Source: an uncultured Chloroflexia bacterium | Lineage (GTDB): Bacteria; Chloroflexota; Limnocylindria; QHBO01 | Reading direction: 5' to 3' | DNA length: 64,000 nucleotides | NCBI GenBank assembly: GCA_963797855.1 | Contig: CAWCQX010000005.1 | Span: 4,443 to 68,442, forward strand | Part shown: positions 10,251 to 21,637 of the stretch, in pieces | How the letters are laid out: the number at the start of each line of letters is the position of its first letter | Position numbering within the stretch: the stretch's first letter is position 1 | Position numbers and translations under genes: made by a program | The notes under the pieces: generated by a model | The model's input: only the letters and a program-made list of their open reading frames with translations | Told to the model about the DNA's origin: nothing | Databases searched by the model: none

Positions 10251-11168
10251 TCATCCCTTGGCACGGAAATATACCTTTCCGGGGTTGCGGACATCCACCC
10301 ATCCGACCTCGTCCTCGGGATGCGCGGCGAACAGCGTCCGCACGGCGGCGATCTGGCGATCGAGACGGTCGTCGGCCTGGGTCGCGGTCTCCCGAGGGTC
10401 GATGCCGTAGACCCCGAGCGCGACCTCCCAGCCCTCCTCGCTCGCGAGGAGGCGGAAGCCGAACTCGTCGTCGAGCTGCACGCTCACGCGCGACTCGTCG
10501 GATCCGAGGAGGGCCGGGTCCAGCGCGGTCACGCGCAGGGCGGTGCGCAGCAGGCCTCCGGGAATGACGTCGCCGACCTCGAGCAGCCCGGTCGTCGACC
10601 GCTGGTCTCCGATGCGCGGCAGGCCCTCGACCTCGGCGTCGAGCTCGCTCGACTCCGCCTCGCGCGCGAAGAGCGTGCCATCGGCGGCGCCCAGGAAGCG
10701 CCAGGCCGGGGTCACCCACACGAACGCGACCTCGCGCTCGACGACCGTCGCCTCCAGACGCCCGCCGATCCCGGCCGTGACCGATGCGCGCTCGACGGAC
10801 GGCAGGCGCTCGATCTCCTTCCGCAGCGCATCGGTGTCGACGGCCAGGAGGCTCGCGCCACGCTGCGTCTCGAGCGTGTCGCGCAGATCGTCGGCGGCCG
10901 TGTAGCGCTCGCCGGCCCAGCCGACCTCGGTGACGAGCATCCACGGCCCGTTCAGCAGCGCCACCAGCACCGCCGCGATGGCGACCGCGCCGACGGCGGC
11001 GATCAGCCGACGGATCGAGGGCAGCCGCGCCCCGACGCGACGTCGAAACGGGATTCCCGGCCGCCGCGCCTGGCGTCCGGCGCCGCGCGACGCCGCCGCG
11101 GCCCGAGGCCTCGTCCGGCCCCGCGTGGGTCGCGCCTTCGGAGGGCGTGGCTGGGACTTCAGCTTCAT
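10251..11168 (-). CDS. ftsQ: Cell division protein FtsQ/DivIB (POTRA domain)
   Basis: ORF 10251..11765 trimmed to ATG 11168, which gives an ATGA overlap with the ddl stop. Has a basic N-terminus, one TM segment and a POTRA-like region. Intact. Confidence 0.85.
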   Translation of the reverse strand: MKLKSQPRPPKARPTRGRTRPRAAAASRGAGRQARRPGIPFRRRVGARLPSIRRLIAAVGAVAIAAVLVALLNGPWMLVTEVGWAGERYTAADDLRDTLETQRGASLLAVDTDALRKEIERLPSVERASVTAGIGGRLEATVVEREVAFVWVTPAWRFLGAADGTLFAREAESSELDAEVEGLPRIGDQRSTTGLLEVGDVIPGGLLRTALRVTALDPALLGSDESRVSVQLDDEFGFRLLASEEGWEVALGVYGIDPRETATQADDRLDRQIAAVRTLFAAHPEDEVGWVDVRNPGKVYFRAKG

Positions 11169-12275
11169 CGGTCCCGTTCCATCGCGAGCTCGATGAGCCG
11201 CGCGATCAGCTCGGCGAAGGGGAGGCCGGCCAGCTCGGCCTGCTTCGGATACATGCTCGTGGCCGTGAAGCCCGGGAGGGTGTTCATCTCGGACAGGTAC
11301 GTCTCGTCGGGCGTGACGAGGAAGTCGATCCGTGCCAGCCCGGCGGCATCCACGGCCCGGTAGGCGGCCAGCGAGAGCTCCTTCAGCCGCGCCGCGAGGT
11401 CCGGGTCGACCTCGGCGCGCGGCTCGACGGTGGCCAGCCCGGCGACGTACTTCGCCTCGTAGTCGTAGAACTCGTGGCTCGAACGGACCTCGCCGGGCTC
11501 GAAGACGATCGGGTCGTCGTTGCCGAGGACGCCGCACTCGAGCTCGCGGGCCCCCTCGACGTACGCCTCCACGATCACCTTGCTGTCGTAGTTGAACGCC
11601 TCGTCGAGAGCCGCCGGCAGCTCGTCGAGCTGGTGGACGAGCGACATGCCGACGCTGCTGCCCAGGCGCGCCGGCTTCACGACGACCCGTTCGCCAAGGG
11701 TCCCGGCCACGGCGCGCACGACGTGGTCGGGCTCCTCGTTCCAGGCGCTGCGGCGGAACCAGCACGACTCGACCACCGGAAGCCCGTGACCGCGCATGAG
11801 GTCCTTGAAGACGACCTTGTCCATCGCCACCGCGCTCGCGAGCACGCCCGCGCCGGTGTACGGGATCCCGGCCAGCTCGAGGAATCCCTGGAGGGTGCCG
11901 TCCTCACCGTACGGGCCGTGGACGACGAGGAAGGCGACGTCGATCGACTCCGCCAGGGAGCGGACCGCCGCGCGCGGCGGCGAGATGGTCGTCGCCCGCG
12001 GCGACGGCCAGCGAGTGGTCGGCATGGGTGCGAAGGCGGGCGACCTCCTCGCTCGGGCTCGCGGCGCCGACGAGGCCCGCCAGCGAGGTCCCGTCGCCGA
12101 GCTGCGGTGCCGGGCCGTCGGGCAGCATCCAGCGCCCTTCCCGGTCGATGTAGACGAGATACGGCTCGAAGCGATCGCGGTCGATCGCCCGCAGCACCGA
12201 CTCGGCCGACGCCACGCTCACCTCGTGCTCGGCCGAGCGGCCTCCGGCGAAGATGCCGACCCGCAACCGGCTCAT
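11165..12275 (-). CDS. ddl: D-alanine--D-alanine ligase. One frame break at about 11965-11985.
   Basis: N-terminus MSRLRVGIFAGGRSAEHEVS comes from the frame of ORF 11904..12881. The C-terminal part comes from ORF 11165..12025 (VVHGPYGEDGTLQG...EVNTLPG-like SEMNTLPGFT). Confidence 0.9.
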
Positions 12276-13209
12276 TCGTTCGGCTCCGGCCACGCGCCGA
12301 CGAACTCGATCTCGTAGCGCAGCTCGACGCCGAACCGATCCGCCACCGTCGCGCGCACGTGGTCGCCGAGCGCGCGGACGTCGGCGGCGCGGCCGCCGCG
12401 GTCGGTGACGATGAAGTTCGCGTGGAGCTCGCTGACCCGCGCGCTGCCGAGCCGGTGGCCCTTCAGCCCGGCGGCCTCGACGAGCCGGCCGGCGTGGTCG
12501 TCGGGTGGGTTGCGGAAGACGCTGCCGGCGTTCTGGTCGGCCAGCGGCTGGGTCGCCCGGCGCAGCGCCTGGTGAGCGTTCACGAGGGCACGGATCGCCG
12601 CCGGCTCGCCACGCTCCAGCCCGATCGTCGCGCCGAGGATGATCTCGTCGCCGTGCTTGAACCGCGACTCGCGGTAGGCGAAGGCGGACTCGTCCGGACC
12701 GAGGCGCGCGCGCTGCGCCGTCGGCGCCGAGGACCTCGACCTCGCGCACGACCTGCGCCATCTCGCCACCGTGCGCCCCGGCGTTGGCCCACACCGCGCC
12801 GCCGACGGAGCCCGGAATGCTGATCGCCCAGTCGAAGCCGGCGAGCCCGGCTTCGGCGCAGCGCTTGGCGAGCGCGGTCATCGACGCACCGGCCTCGGCG
12901 ATCAGCGTCGTGCCATCGATCGTCGCCGCGTCGGCGCGGACGCGGACGACGAGGCCGCGGATGCCGGCATCCGCGACGACGATGTCACTGCCCTTGCCGA
13001 GCAGGAACGCGGGGACACCCGCCTCGCGTGCGAGCCGGATGACCGTCGACGAGCTCGTCGACCGTCGCCGGCGCGGCGAGGCGGTCGGCGCTGCCCCCGA
13101 CCCGCAGCGTCGTCAGCGGCGCCAGCGGAACGTCCGCCCGCAGCTCGACGCCTCGCTCGACGGCGAGCGCGTCGAGGCGCTCGATCGCATCGGCCACGGC
13201 GGCGCTCAT
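12272..13209 (-). CDS. murB: UDP-N-acetylenolpyruvoylglucosamine reductase. Frame breaks at about 13045 and 12718.
   Basis: Three fragments join: ORF 12985..13209, the MTALAKRC... frame, and ORF 12272..12769 (SIPGSVGGAVWANAGAHG...AGSVFRNP...). ATGA overlaps are present at both ends. Confidence 0.88.
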
Positions 13210-14337
13210 GTCGACGTCTCCGACGGCAGCGGCCGGTGCTCGGCGAGCGCCAGCAGCTCGAGGGCCAGCGCGCTCGCGGCGTCCGGCCGGCCGAGGCGTC
13301 GCGCGGCCTCGGCCATCGCGGCACGCCTGGGGTCGTCACGCAGTGCCGACACCTCGGCGACCAGCCGATCGGCGTCGAGGTCCTCGTCGGCGACGACCCT
13401 CGCGGCGCCCTCGTCGCCGAGGTAGCGCGCGTTGTAGCGCTGGTGGGCGCCCGCGTACGGGTACGGCACGAGGATCGAGGCCACGCCGGCCGCCGTCAGC
13501 TCGGCGCACGTCGACGACCCGGCGCGCCCGACGACGAGGTCGGCGGCCACGAGCGCATCGGCCATGCGGTCGGTCAGGAAGGGCTCTGCGGTGTAGCGCG
13601 ACCGGAGCTCGACGGGCAGGTGCTGGCGTGCGGCGCCGGCATCGGCCAGGCCCGCCTCGCCGGCCAGGTGCAGCACGTGCCAGCCGGCCAGCAGCCGCGG
13701 GAGCGCAGCGGCGACGGCGCCGTTCAGTCGGGTCACGGCCTGCGACCCGCCGAAGACGAGGAGGAGGCGGTCATCGGTCCCGAGGCCGAACGAGCGGCGA
13801 GCGGCATCACGGTCGATGCCGGCGAAGGAGCGGATCGGTGTGCCGGATACGAAGCCGTTGTCGGGAAACGCCGCGAGGGTCGGCGGGAAGCTGACCGCGA
13901 CTCGGGTTGCGTAGCGGCCGACGGTGCGCGTCGCGCGACCGGGCTGGACGTTTCCCTCCCAGACGAGGGTCGGGATGCCGCGCGCCCGCGCGGCGAGGAC
14001 GAGTGGGAGGGCCAGGTAGCCGCCGGTCGTGAAGAGGGCCGCCGGACGCAGCTGACCGAGGAGCCACCAGGCCTGTGGAACGCTCGCGGCCAGGCGCACC
14101 GGGTCGACGACGGTGTGGAGCGAGAGGCCCGCGGAGCGCAGCGAACGCACGACGAGCTCGTGGTAGCGCAGCTCGCGCGCGCATCGGGTCATCGGCCACG
14201 ATTCGTCGCTCGAAGCCACGGACGCCACCGACGTAGTCGAGCTCAACGTCGCTTCGCGCGTCGCGGAGCGCTCGCGCGACGGCCAGCGCGGGGTACACGT
14301 GCCCGCCGGTCCCGCCGCCCGATACCAAGTACCGCAT
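13206..14337 (-). CDS. murG: Lipid II synthase MurG (UDP-GlcNAc transferase). One frame break at about 14178, in a CGCGCGCG run.
   Basis: N-terminus [21 protein letters not shown] comes from ORF 13807..14337. The remainder is the tail of the 2053-aa ORF (...LLVFGGSQAV...VGRAGSSTCAELTAAGVASILVPYP...). Confidence 0.9.
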
Positions 14338-15509
14338 CGAGCATGGATCCTGTCTGCGAGGTCTCGCGGCTGATCGACAGCAGGATGCCGACCGCCGCGA
14401 GGTTGATCGTGAGCGCCGACCCCCCGGCGCTGATGAACGGGAGCGGGATGCCCGTGACCGGCAGGAGCGCGGTGACGACCATCATGTTCACGCAGGCCTG
14501 CACCACCAGCCAGGTCGTGATCCCGCAGGCCACCAGCCCGGAGAACGTATCCGGGGCGTGGACCGCGATCCGGTAGCCCTGGAAGGCGATCACGACGAAC
14601 AGCGCGACCACCGTCAGCGTGCCGACGAGGCCCCACTCCTCGCCGATGATCGCGAAGATGAAGTCCGTCGACGGGGCCGGCAGGTAGAGGAACTTCTGGC
14701 GGCTCTCGCCGAGGCCGAGGCCGGTGATCCCGCCCAGGCCGAGCGCCAGCAGCGCCTGGATCGTGTTGTAGCCACTGCCGAGCGGGTCGCGGAACGGATC
14801 GAGGAAGGTCTGGATCCGCTCGGGCTGGTAGCTCGTCGCGGCGATCATCAGCCAGGCCGCACCGACCACCGCGCTGAAGATCGCGCCCAGGTAGAGGACG
14901 TTGGCGCCGGCCATGAAGAAGATGCTGACCGCGACGACCACGTACACGCCGGCGGTCCCGAGGTCCGGCTCGGCGGCGATCAGGAAGAAGCCCGGAGCGA
15001 CGAGCAGCCCGAACGGGACGAGCCCGTTCCAGAACGACCCGGCGGCCTTCCCGCGTCGGTCGAGCCAGTGGGCCAGGTAGAGGACGACGGCGAGCTTCGC
15101 GAACTCGGCCGGCTGGAGCGTGCCGACGTCCGGGGATGACGATCCAGCGCCGCGAGCCGTTGATCTCCGCACCGATGCCGGGCACGAGCACGACGACCAG
15201 CAGGACGAGGGTGATGACGTAGATCGGGATCGCCAGGTAGCGGAGGTGGCGGAAGTCGATCCGCATCGCCACGACCAGGCCGACGAGCCCGATGCCGGCC
15301 CAGACCAGCTGCTCCAGGCCCTGAGCCGCCGGGTCGGCGCGGCTGATGTACGAGCGAACGCTCGAAGCCGAGAAGACCATGACGACGCCGATCGCGGTGA
15401 GCGCCATGACCGCCAGCAGGAGCGCGTAGGCGGGCTCGTGGCGCTCGCGGCGGACCCCGGTCCTCGCCCGGCTGCGCCGCTGGCCGACGGCGATCGTCGC
15501 GGCCGTCAT
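14243..15509 (-). CDS. ftsW: SEDS-family FtsW. One frame break at about 15130-15135, in a GGGG run. The 3' end is uncertain; as read it overlaps murG by 95 nt.
   Basis: The N-terminal part lies in the frame of the 2053-aa ORF ([10 protein letters not shown]...MVFSASSV...). The C-terminal part is ORF 14243..15172 ([15 protein letters not shown]...[11 protein letters not shown]). Confidence 0.85.
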
Positions 15510-16928
15510 CGGCTCTCCTCCATCCGCTCGACGGCGGCGCGGAAGGCGTCGCCGCGGGCGGCATAGTCGACGAACATGTCGAAGCTGGCGGCCGCCGGCG
15601 ACAGCAGCGCGATGTCCCCGGGCTGGGCGATCTCGCGCGGCGACGGCCACGGCCTCGTCCATCGACGACGCTCGCCTCACCGGCACGCGGTCGACGACGA
15701 GCGCCTCGAGCTCGTCGGCGGTCTCGCCGATCAGCACGAGCGCGCGGACGCGCGACGCGATCGCGTCGGCGAATGCGGCGTAGTCGAGGCCCTTGTCCTT
15801 GCCGCCGGCGATCAGCACGATCGGGGAATCGAAGGCCTCGAGGGCCGCGATCGCCGCCTGCGGGATCGTGGCCTGCGAGTCGTTGATCCAGCGCACGCCG
15901 TTCCGCTCGGCGACCGTCTCGAGCCGATGCGGGACCCCGGCGAACGTGCGCGCCACGGTTCCGATCGCGCTGGCGTCGACGCCGATCAGACGCGCCGCGA
16001 GCGCGGCCCCGAGCACGTCGGCGAGCATGTGGCGGCCGGGCAGGCGCACGTCCTCGGCGGAGACGACCCGCTCGCCACCGACCATCAGCCAGCCGTCCTC
16101 GAGCCATGCCTCCAGCGCCCCGCGACCCGGCCGGTCCATGCCGTACCACGCCAGCGCCGCGGGTGGCAGCCGCTCCCCAAGCTCGCGGGAGCCGGGGTCG
16201 TCGTGGTTGAGCACGACCCGTCCGTCCGGCACGGTCAGCTCCGCAAGCAGCGCCTTGACCGCCCGGTACGCCTCGACGGTGCCGTGGCGGTCCAGGTGGT
16301 CCTCGGCGATGTTCGTGTACAGGGCGACGTCGACGCCGCGGCTGATCGTCGGCAGCTGCAGCTCGGAGAGCTCGAGCACGACCCAGTCGTCCGGCCCGAG
16401 CTCGAGCGACCGCTCGATCAGCGGCGTGCCGATGTTCCCGCCCAGGACGGTCGGGAGGCCGCCCTCGGCCAGCATCGCCGCCAGCAGCGACGCGGTCGTC
16501 GTCTTGCCCTTCGTGCCGGTCACGCCCGCCAGCCGCGCGCCGGTGAGGCGCATGAAGAGGTCGACCTCGCTGAGGACCTGGGCGCCGCGCCGCTCGGCTG
16601 CGCCGAGCGCCTCGCGAAGCCACGGGTCGGTCGTGGGAAACCTGGCTGACACCGACGGGCTGGTCACGAGCAGGTCGGCGTGCTCGAGGAGGGCCGTCGC
16701 GTCGACCTCGTCGATGCCGAGCGCGAGGCGCACCGGCCTGGCGCCGAGGGCCGCGATCGCCTCGCCGAGCTCGGACGCGGGCCGCCGGTCGTAGGCGGCG
16801 ACGACGGCACCGGCATCGGCGAGGAACCGGGTGGCGGCGACGCCGGATCGGGCCAGTCCGAGCACGACGACGCGACGCCCGCGAAGGTCCTCCGCGGTCC
16901 GGATCGGCGTCGTGGGGGCGGTCATCAT
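15506..16928 (-). CDS. murD: UDP-N-acetylmuramoylalanine--D-glutamate ligase. One frame break at about 15645.
   Basis: Sequence runs MMTAPTTPI...[12 protein letters not shown]...[14 protein letters not shown]...[10 protein letters not shown]...GGKDKG. The C-terminus ...[22 protein letters not shown]... lies in another frame. ATGA overlap with ftsW. Confidence 0.9.
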
Positions 16929-17923
16929 TGGACCACCTGGAGCTGGTCGATGCTGGCGAGGAAGATCGTGAAGCCGAGCAGCCCGGCGAGCGCCGCGACG
17001 ATCCAGAAGCGGAGCGTGATCTTCTCCTCCGCCCAGCCGATGAGCTCGAAGTGATGGTGCAGCGGCGCAATCCGGAAGATCCGCCGCCCCCGCAGCCGGT
17101 AGCTCAGCACCTGGATCACGACGCTCATGATCACCGCGAAGAACACGATGCCGACGATCGCCAGCAGCGGCAGCTGGCCGTTCACGGTGGCGACCACCGC
17201 GAGCGTCGCGCCGAGGGCCAGTGCCCCCGAGTCGCCCATGAAGATCTGCGCGGGGTGGACGTTGAACCAGAGGAAGCCCATCAGCGCACCGATGACAGCG
17301 CGCAGAAGACGGCGAGGTCCGGCGTGGGCGAGCTTCACGTGCGGGACGGCGACGAGGCTGATCAGCAGGTAGGCGACGAAGCTGAAGATCAGGACGCCGC
17401 CGGCCAGGCCGTCGAGGCCATCGGTCAGGTTCACCGCGTTGCTGGTGCCGACGATCACGAAGGCGATGAACGCGACGAGGATCGCCGGCGCGACCTCGAT
17501 CTGGCCGACGAGCGGGATGTTCAGGCCGGTCAGGTTGAAGTGGTTCCAGATGTAGAAGGCCGCGAGGATCGCGACGACGGTCTGCCACACGAGCTTCCAT
17601 CGGCCGCGCATCCCGATTCCGCTGCGGACGTTCACGAAGTCGTCGATCGCGCCGAGGATCCCGACGCCGACCAGCGTCAGCATCGGCGTCAGCGTGGCCG
17701 GTCCCTCGAGGCGCAGCGCCATCGCGAGGAAGAGGACGACCACGACGACGAGCATCCCGCCCATCGTCGGCGTCCCGGCCTTGCCGTAATGCGACTCGGG
17801 CCCGTCGGTGCGGATCTGCTTCCCGTAGCCGAGCCGCTGGAGGAGGCCGATGTAGATCGGCGCGAGGATGACGATCCCGACGAAGGCGAGCAGCAGCGCG
17901 ACGGCGATCGAGATGAGGTTCAC
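16925..17923 (-). CDS. mraY: Phospho-N-acetylmuramoyl-pentapeptide transferase
   Basis: ORF 16925..18103 trimmed to GTG 17923, which gives a GTGA overlap with the murF stop. Contains NAVNLTDGLDGLA, FMGDSGALALG and PLHHHFE. Confidence 0.92.
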   Translation of the reverse strand: MNLISIAVALLLAFVGIVILAPIYIGLLQRLGYGKQIRTDGPESHYGKAGTPTMGGMLVVVVVLFLAMALRLEGPATLTPMLTLVGVGILGAIDDFVNVRSGIGMRGRWKLVWQTVVAILAAFYIWNHFNLTGLNIPLVGQIEVAPAILVAFIAFVIVGTSNAVNLTDGLDGLAGGVLIFSFVAYLLISLVAVPHVKLAHAGPRRLLRAVIGALMGFLWFNVHPAQIFMGDSGALALGATLAVVATVNGQLPLLAIVGIVFFAVIMSVVIQVLSYRLRGRRIFRIAPLHHHFELIGWAEEKITLRFWIVAALAGLLGFTIFLASIDQLQVVQ

Positions 17924-19367
17924 GGCGCGCCCCGGCGAAGGAGGTCGACGGCGCGGTCGAGACCGATGCCGCGCGAGGCCTTGAGGAGCACGACGTCGCC
18001 GACGCTCGGCGCCACCTCGCGCTCGAGGACCGCGACGGCCTCCTCGGCGTCGGCGGCCGTGGCGACGCGCGCGCCCCCACTCGCGGCGCCCTCGGCGATC
18101 CACGCGCCGCGCGGGCCGACCGCCACGATCGCGTCGGCGGCCGTCGCCGCCCGCGCGCCGATCTCGCGATGCAGGCGCTCCTCGTCCGGCCCGAGCTCGA
18201 GCATGTCACCGAGGACGGCGATCCGACGCCGCCCCGCCGGCAGCGGCGTCTCGGCGAGGAAGTCGAGCGCGGCGGCGACGCTGACCGGTGACGCGTTGTA
18301 CGTGTCGTCGACGAGGGTCGCGCCGGAGCTCGCCTCCGCGACCTCCATGCGGTGATCGGCGTGGCTGCCGGCCGCGAGCGCCTCGGCCGCCTCGTCGATC
18401 CCGACGCCCATCCGCTCGGCGACCGCCAGGGCCGCCAGCGCGTGCGGGACGAGGTGGCGGCCGGGGGTGCCGCTCCGCAGCCGCAGCGTTGCCCACGGCG
18501 CGCGCACGGTGAACTCGGTTCCGGCCAGCCCGTGGCTGGCGACGTCGGTCGCGCCGACGTCGGCGGTCGGCCCGAGGCCGAACGTGCGGACCTCCGCGCG
18601 CGGTCACCTCCGCCATGGCCGCCACGCGCGGATCGTCGGCATTCAGGACGGCCAGCCCGTCGGCGGGGAGCGCGGCCGGCAGCTCGGCCTTCGCGCTCGC
18701 GATCCGCTCGATGCTCCCGGCGCGCTCGAGATGGGTCGGATGCACGGCCAGCACGACGCCGACCTCGGGTCGCGGCGATCTCCGCGAGCCGCGCGATCTC
18801 ACCGACCGTGTACATGCTCATCTCGAGGACGGCCGCCTCGTGCGTGGCCTCGAGCCGAAGCAGGGTCATCGGCAGCCCGGTCTCGGAGTTGAGGTTCCCC
18901 TCGTTCCGGAGCGTGATGAGCTCGCGCGAGAGGACGTCGGCGGTGATCTCCTTGGCGATCGTCTTGCCCGTGGAGCCGGTGATGCCGACGACGCGCACCG
19001 CGTGGCGCGACCGCCACCAGGCGGCAAGGTCCTGGAGGGCGCGGAGCGCGTCCGGCACGACGACCTGGGGTGCGTCGCGCAGGTCGGCGGGGAGGTCAAC
19101 GGGTCGCTCGACGAGCACCGCGGAGGCGCCGGCTCGGAGCGCGTCGGCGACGAACGCGTGGCCGTCGGCTCGCTCGCCGGGAAGGGCGACGAAGATGGAC
19201 CCGGGGCTGACGCGGCGCGAGTCGACCGACGCACCGGTGATCGAGGACGAGGCCGTCGGAGCGGGCCCCTGGAGCCGGCCGCCGGTGGCGCCGAGCACGT
19301 CCTCGAGGCGGATCGTTGGAGGCACACGCACCCCGCTGCGGACTTCGGTCGAGTCTAGCGTGGTCAT
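17920..19367 (-). CDS. murF: UDP-MurNAc-tripeptide--D-Ala-D-Ala ligase. Frame breaks at about 18774 and 18599.
   Basis: Sequence runs [31 protein letters not shown], then [18 protein letters not shown]. It continues in ORF 18206..18802 and then ORF 17920..18507 (DDTYNASP...VLGDMLELG). Confidence 0.88.
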
Positions 19368-21157
19368 GGCTGGGCGACCGGGTCCGGCGGCCGGTCCGGC
19401 GGGATCGCGAGGTAGTCGAGCACCTGGGGCATGAGGCGGGCGTACACGTTCTCCGGTCGGTCGGGCATGGACGGTCCCCCGGCACCGGCCGGGCGATGGA
19501 TGAGGACGAGCGTCACGAGCTTCGTGTCACCTGCCGGCAGGAGGCCGACGAAGCTGGAGTCGACCCAGCCGGCGTGGTACTGCCAGCGCTCGACGAGCTG
19601 GCCGTCCGGGCCCTCGACCTTGATCGGCGCGGCGATCTGGGCCGTGCCGGTCTTCCCGGCGACCGTGTAGCCGGAGACCTTGGCGCCGGTCGCGATGCCG
19701 TTGTCGATCGCGTTCGTGAGCAGCTTCACCATCGTCTCGGCGGTCTCCTCCCGCATGATCCGCTCCGCCGGGGGCTGCTCGGTGGCGTGGACGGTGCCGT
19801 CGGGATCGGTCCAGCCGTCGACCACGTGCGGGGTCACCAGCAGCCCGCCGTTGGCGAACGAGGCGTAGCCCGCGGCCAGCTGGACCGCGGTCAGGCTCAG
19901 GCCCTGGCCGAAGGCGTTCTGGGCGGCGGTCAGGTCGCCGGAGGCGTTCGGCGCCGTCGGGATCCCAGACCACGCCGCTGGCCTCGCCCGCAAGGTCGAT
20001 GCCGGTCGGCGCGCCGAACCCGAAGCGGAGGAAGGCCTCGTACAGCTTGTGTCGCCCGAGCGTCGAGGCCGATCTTCGCCGCGCCGACGTTGTTCGACAG
20101 CGCCAGCACGTCGGCCGCGGTGATCGGCCCGTGACCGTACGGATGCATCGCGCGGTCGGCGTTGTGGATGAGGACGTCGCCGATCTGCAGGTTGTTGTCG
20201 TCGACGACGGTGTCCTTCGTCGTGATCGCTCCGGCATCGAGTCGCGGCGGCCACCGTGAACGCCTTCATGACCGAGCCGGGCTCGTACTGGCGCGCGACC
20301 GCGGGGTTGCTGAACAGGTCGCCATCGGTCGTCGCGAAGTCGTTGGCGTCGTACGACGGGTAGCTCGCCATCGCCAGGATCGCGCCCGTCTCGACGTTCA
20401 TGATCAGGCCGGTGGCACCGGCCGCGCCGTTCATTCGGTAGGTCGTCCAGATCTCCTGCTCGAGCATGTGCTGGACCCCGATGTCGAGGGTCAGGCGCAG
20501 GTCGGCCCCGTCGACCGGCTCCCGGAGCAGGGTCGCCGAGTCCGCGATCTGGCGGCCGATGACGTCCTCCTGCGCGCTGACCGCGCCGGGCGTCCCCGCC
20601 AGGATGGCGTTCTCGCCACCCTCGATGCCGTACTGGCCATCCCCGTTGACGTCGACGAAGCCGAGCACCTGGGCCGCCAGGGTCGTGTCCTGCGCGATGC
20701 CCTGGATCGGGTAGACCCGCTTCGTCTCGGGGAGCATGCCGATGCCACGCAGGTCGAGGGATCGAATGCGCTCGGCGGCCTCGGGCGTGATCCTTCGCTT
20801 CAGCCAGACCCAGTCGTGGTCGCCGTCGAGCTTCGCGCGCAGCTGGGCGGACGAGATGTCGAGGACCGGGGCGAGGAGCCTCGCGGTCCGCGCCGGATCG
20901 GCGATCAGCGGAGGCGTGGCGAAGACGGACTGCAGCTCGATCGAGGTGGCGAGCAGCGCGCCGTTGACGTCGGTGATCTCGCCACGTTCCGCCGGGAGCT
21001 CCTCCTGCTGGGAGAGCTGCCCGAGCGCCGATGCCGACAGCGAAGCCTGCTGGACGACCTGCCACCAGACGAGGCGCGCGCCGATCGCCGACGCGGCGAC
21101 CGCGACGACGAGGAGGAGGACCACTGCGCGGGCACGGCTGTCGGTCCTGGCGAGCAT
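19364..21157 (-). CDS. ftsI: Class B penicillin-binding protein FtsI (transpeptidase). Three frame breaks at about 20246, 20063 and 19956.
   Basis: The SVMK, LSNN and AGKTGTA motifs are all present but lie in different frames (ORFs 19364..21157, 19930..20148, 19527..21065). N-terminal TM anchor present. Confidence 0.9.
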   Translation of the reverse strand: MLARTDSRARAVVLLLVVAVAASAIGARLVWWQVVQQASLSASALGQLSQQEELPAERGEITDVNGALLATSIELQSVFATPPLIADPARTARLLAPVLDISSAQLRAKLDGDHDWVWLKRRITPEAAERIRSLDLRGIGMLPETKRVYPIQGIAQDTTLAAQVLGFVDVNGDGQYGIEGGENAILAGTPGAVSAQEDVIGRQIADSATLLREPVDGADLRLTLDIGVQHMLEQEIWTTYRMNGAAGATGLIMNVETGAILAMASYPSYDANDFATTDGDLFSNPAVARQYEPGSVMKAFTVAAATRCRSDHDEGHRRRRQQPADRRRPHPQRRPRDASVRSRADHRGRRAGAVEQRRRGEDRPRRSGDTSCTRPSSASGSARRPASTLRARPAAWSGIPTAPNASGDLTAAQNAFGQGLSLTAVQLAAGYASFANGGLLVTPHVVDGWTDPDGTVHATEQPPAERIMREETAETMVKLLTNAIDNGIATGAKVSGYTVAGKTGTAQIAAPIKVEGPDGQLVERWQYHAGWVDSSFVGLLPAGDTKLVTLVLIHRPAGAGGPSMPDRPENVYARLMPQVLDYLAIPPDRPPDPVAQP

Positions 21158-21200
21158 GTCGGTCTCCGTGCGACGGCCGCGTTCGGCCGCGTGGGGTGGG

Positions 21201-21482
21201 TCAATCGGCTGAGTGTTCCGATGGCGTTGCGAACGTGATGGCCGAGCCGTCGAGCGGCAGGAGGCCGAGCTGGAAGCGCGCGCGTCGGGTGATCTCCGCC
21301 GGCGATCGAGCCTGCGCGACGGCCATGATCAGCTGCTGCTGCTCGGCACGCCGAGCGGCGAGGGTGACGGCGAGGTCGTCGATCTCGTAGCCGCGCGCGG
21401 CGACCCCGGTCGACTGGCTGAGGTAGAAGATCGCGAGGGCGGCCGCGACGACGATCGCCACGAGGAGCGGCCGGACGTCCAT
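21201..21482 (-). CDS. ftsL: FtsL-like septum-formation protein (single TM plus coiled coil). Probably the C-terminal part of a longer split gene.
   Basis: 93-aa ORF (MDVRPLLVAIVVAAALAIFYLSQ... then a helical segment). It lies between rsmH and ftsI, as ftsL does. Confidence 0.55.
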   Translation of the reverse strand: MDVRPLLVAIVVAAALAIFYLSQSTGVAARGYEIDDLAVTLAARRAEQQQLIMAVAQARSPAEITRRARFQLGLLPLDGSAITFATPSEHSAD

Positions 21483-21637
21483 CGAGGCGCCGAGCCGGAT
21501 GCTGCTCCGCCGCGATGCGGCGAGCCGGCGCTCGGCTGGTCCTTCGCGGACGCGCGCGCCGGCGCCCGCCGAGGAACCACGGGCTCGTGGCCGGTCGAGC
21601 GCCCATGACTGCCATGACCCGATCGCTCCCGGCGTGC

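Noticed and set aside
13206-19367. A 2053-aa ORF that might be taken for a giant Mur/FtsW polyprotein
   Set aside because: Only some segments of it are family-like (MurF N-terminus, MurD, FtsW N-terminus, MurG C-terminus). The segments between them are Arg/Pro-rich out-of-frame read-through. The true continuations lie in other frames (ORFs 18206..18802, 17920..18507, 16925..18103, 14243..15172, 13807..14337). It is an artefact of stop-poor GC-rich DNA combined with indels.
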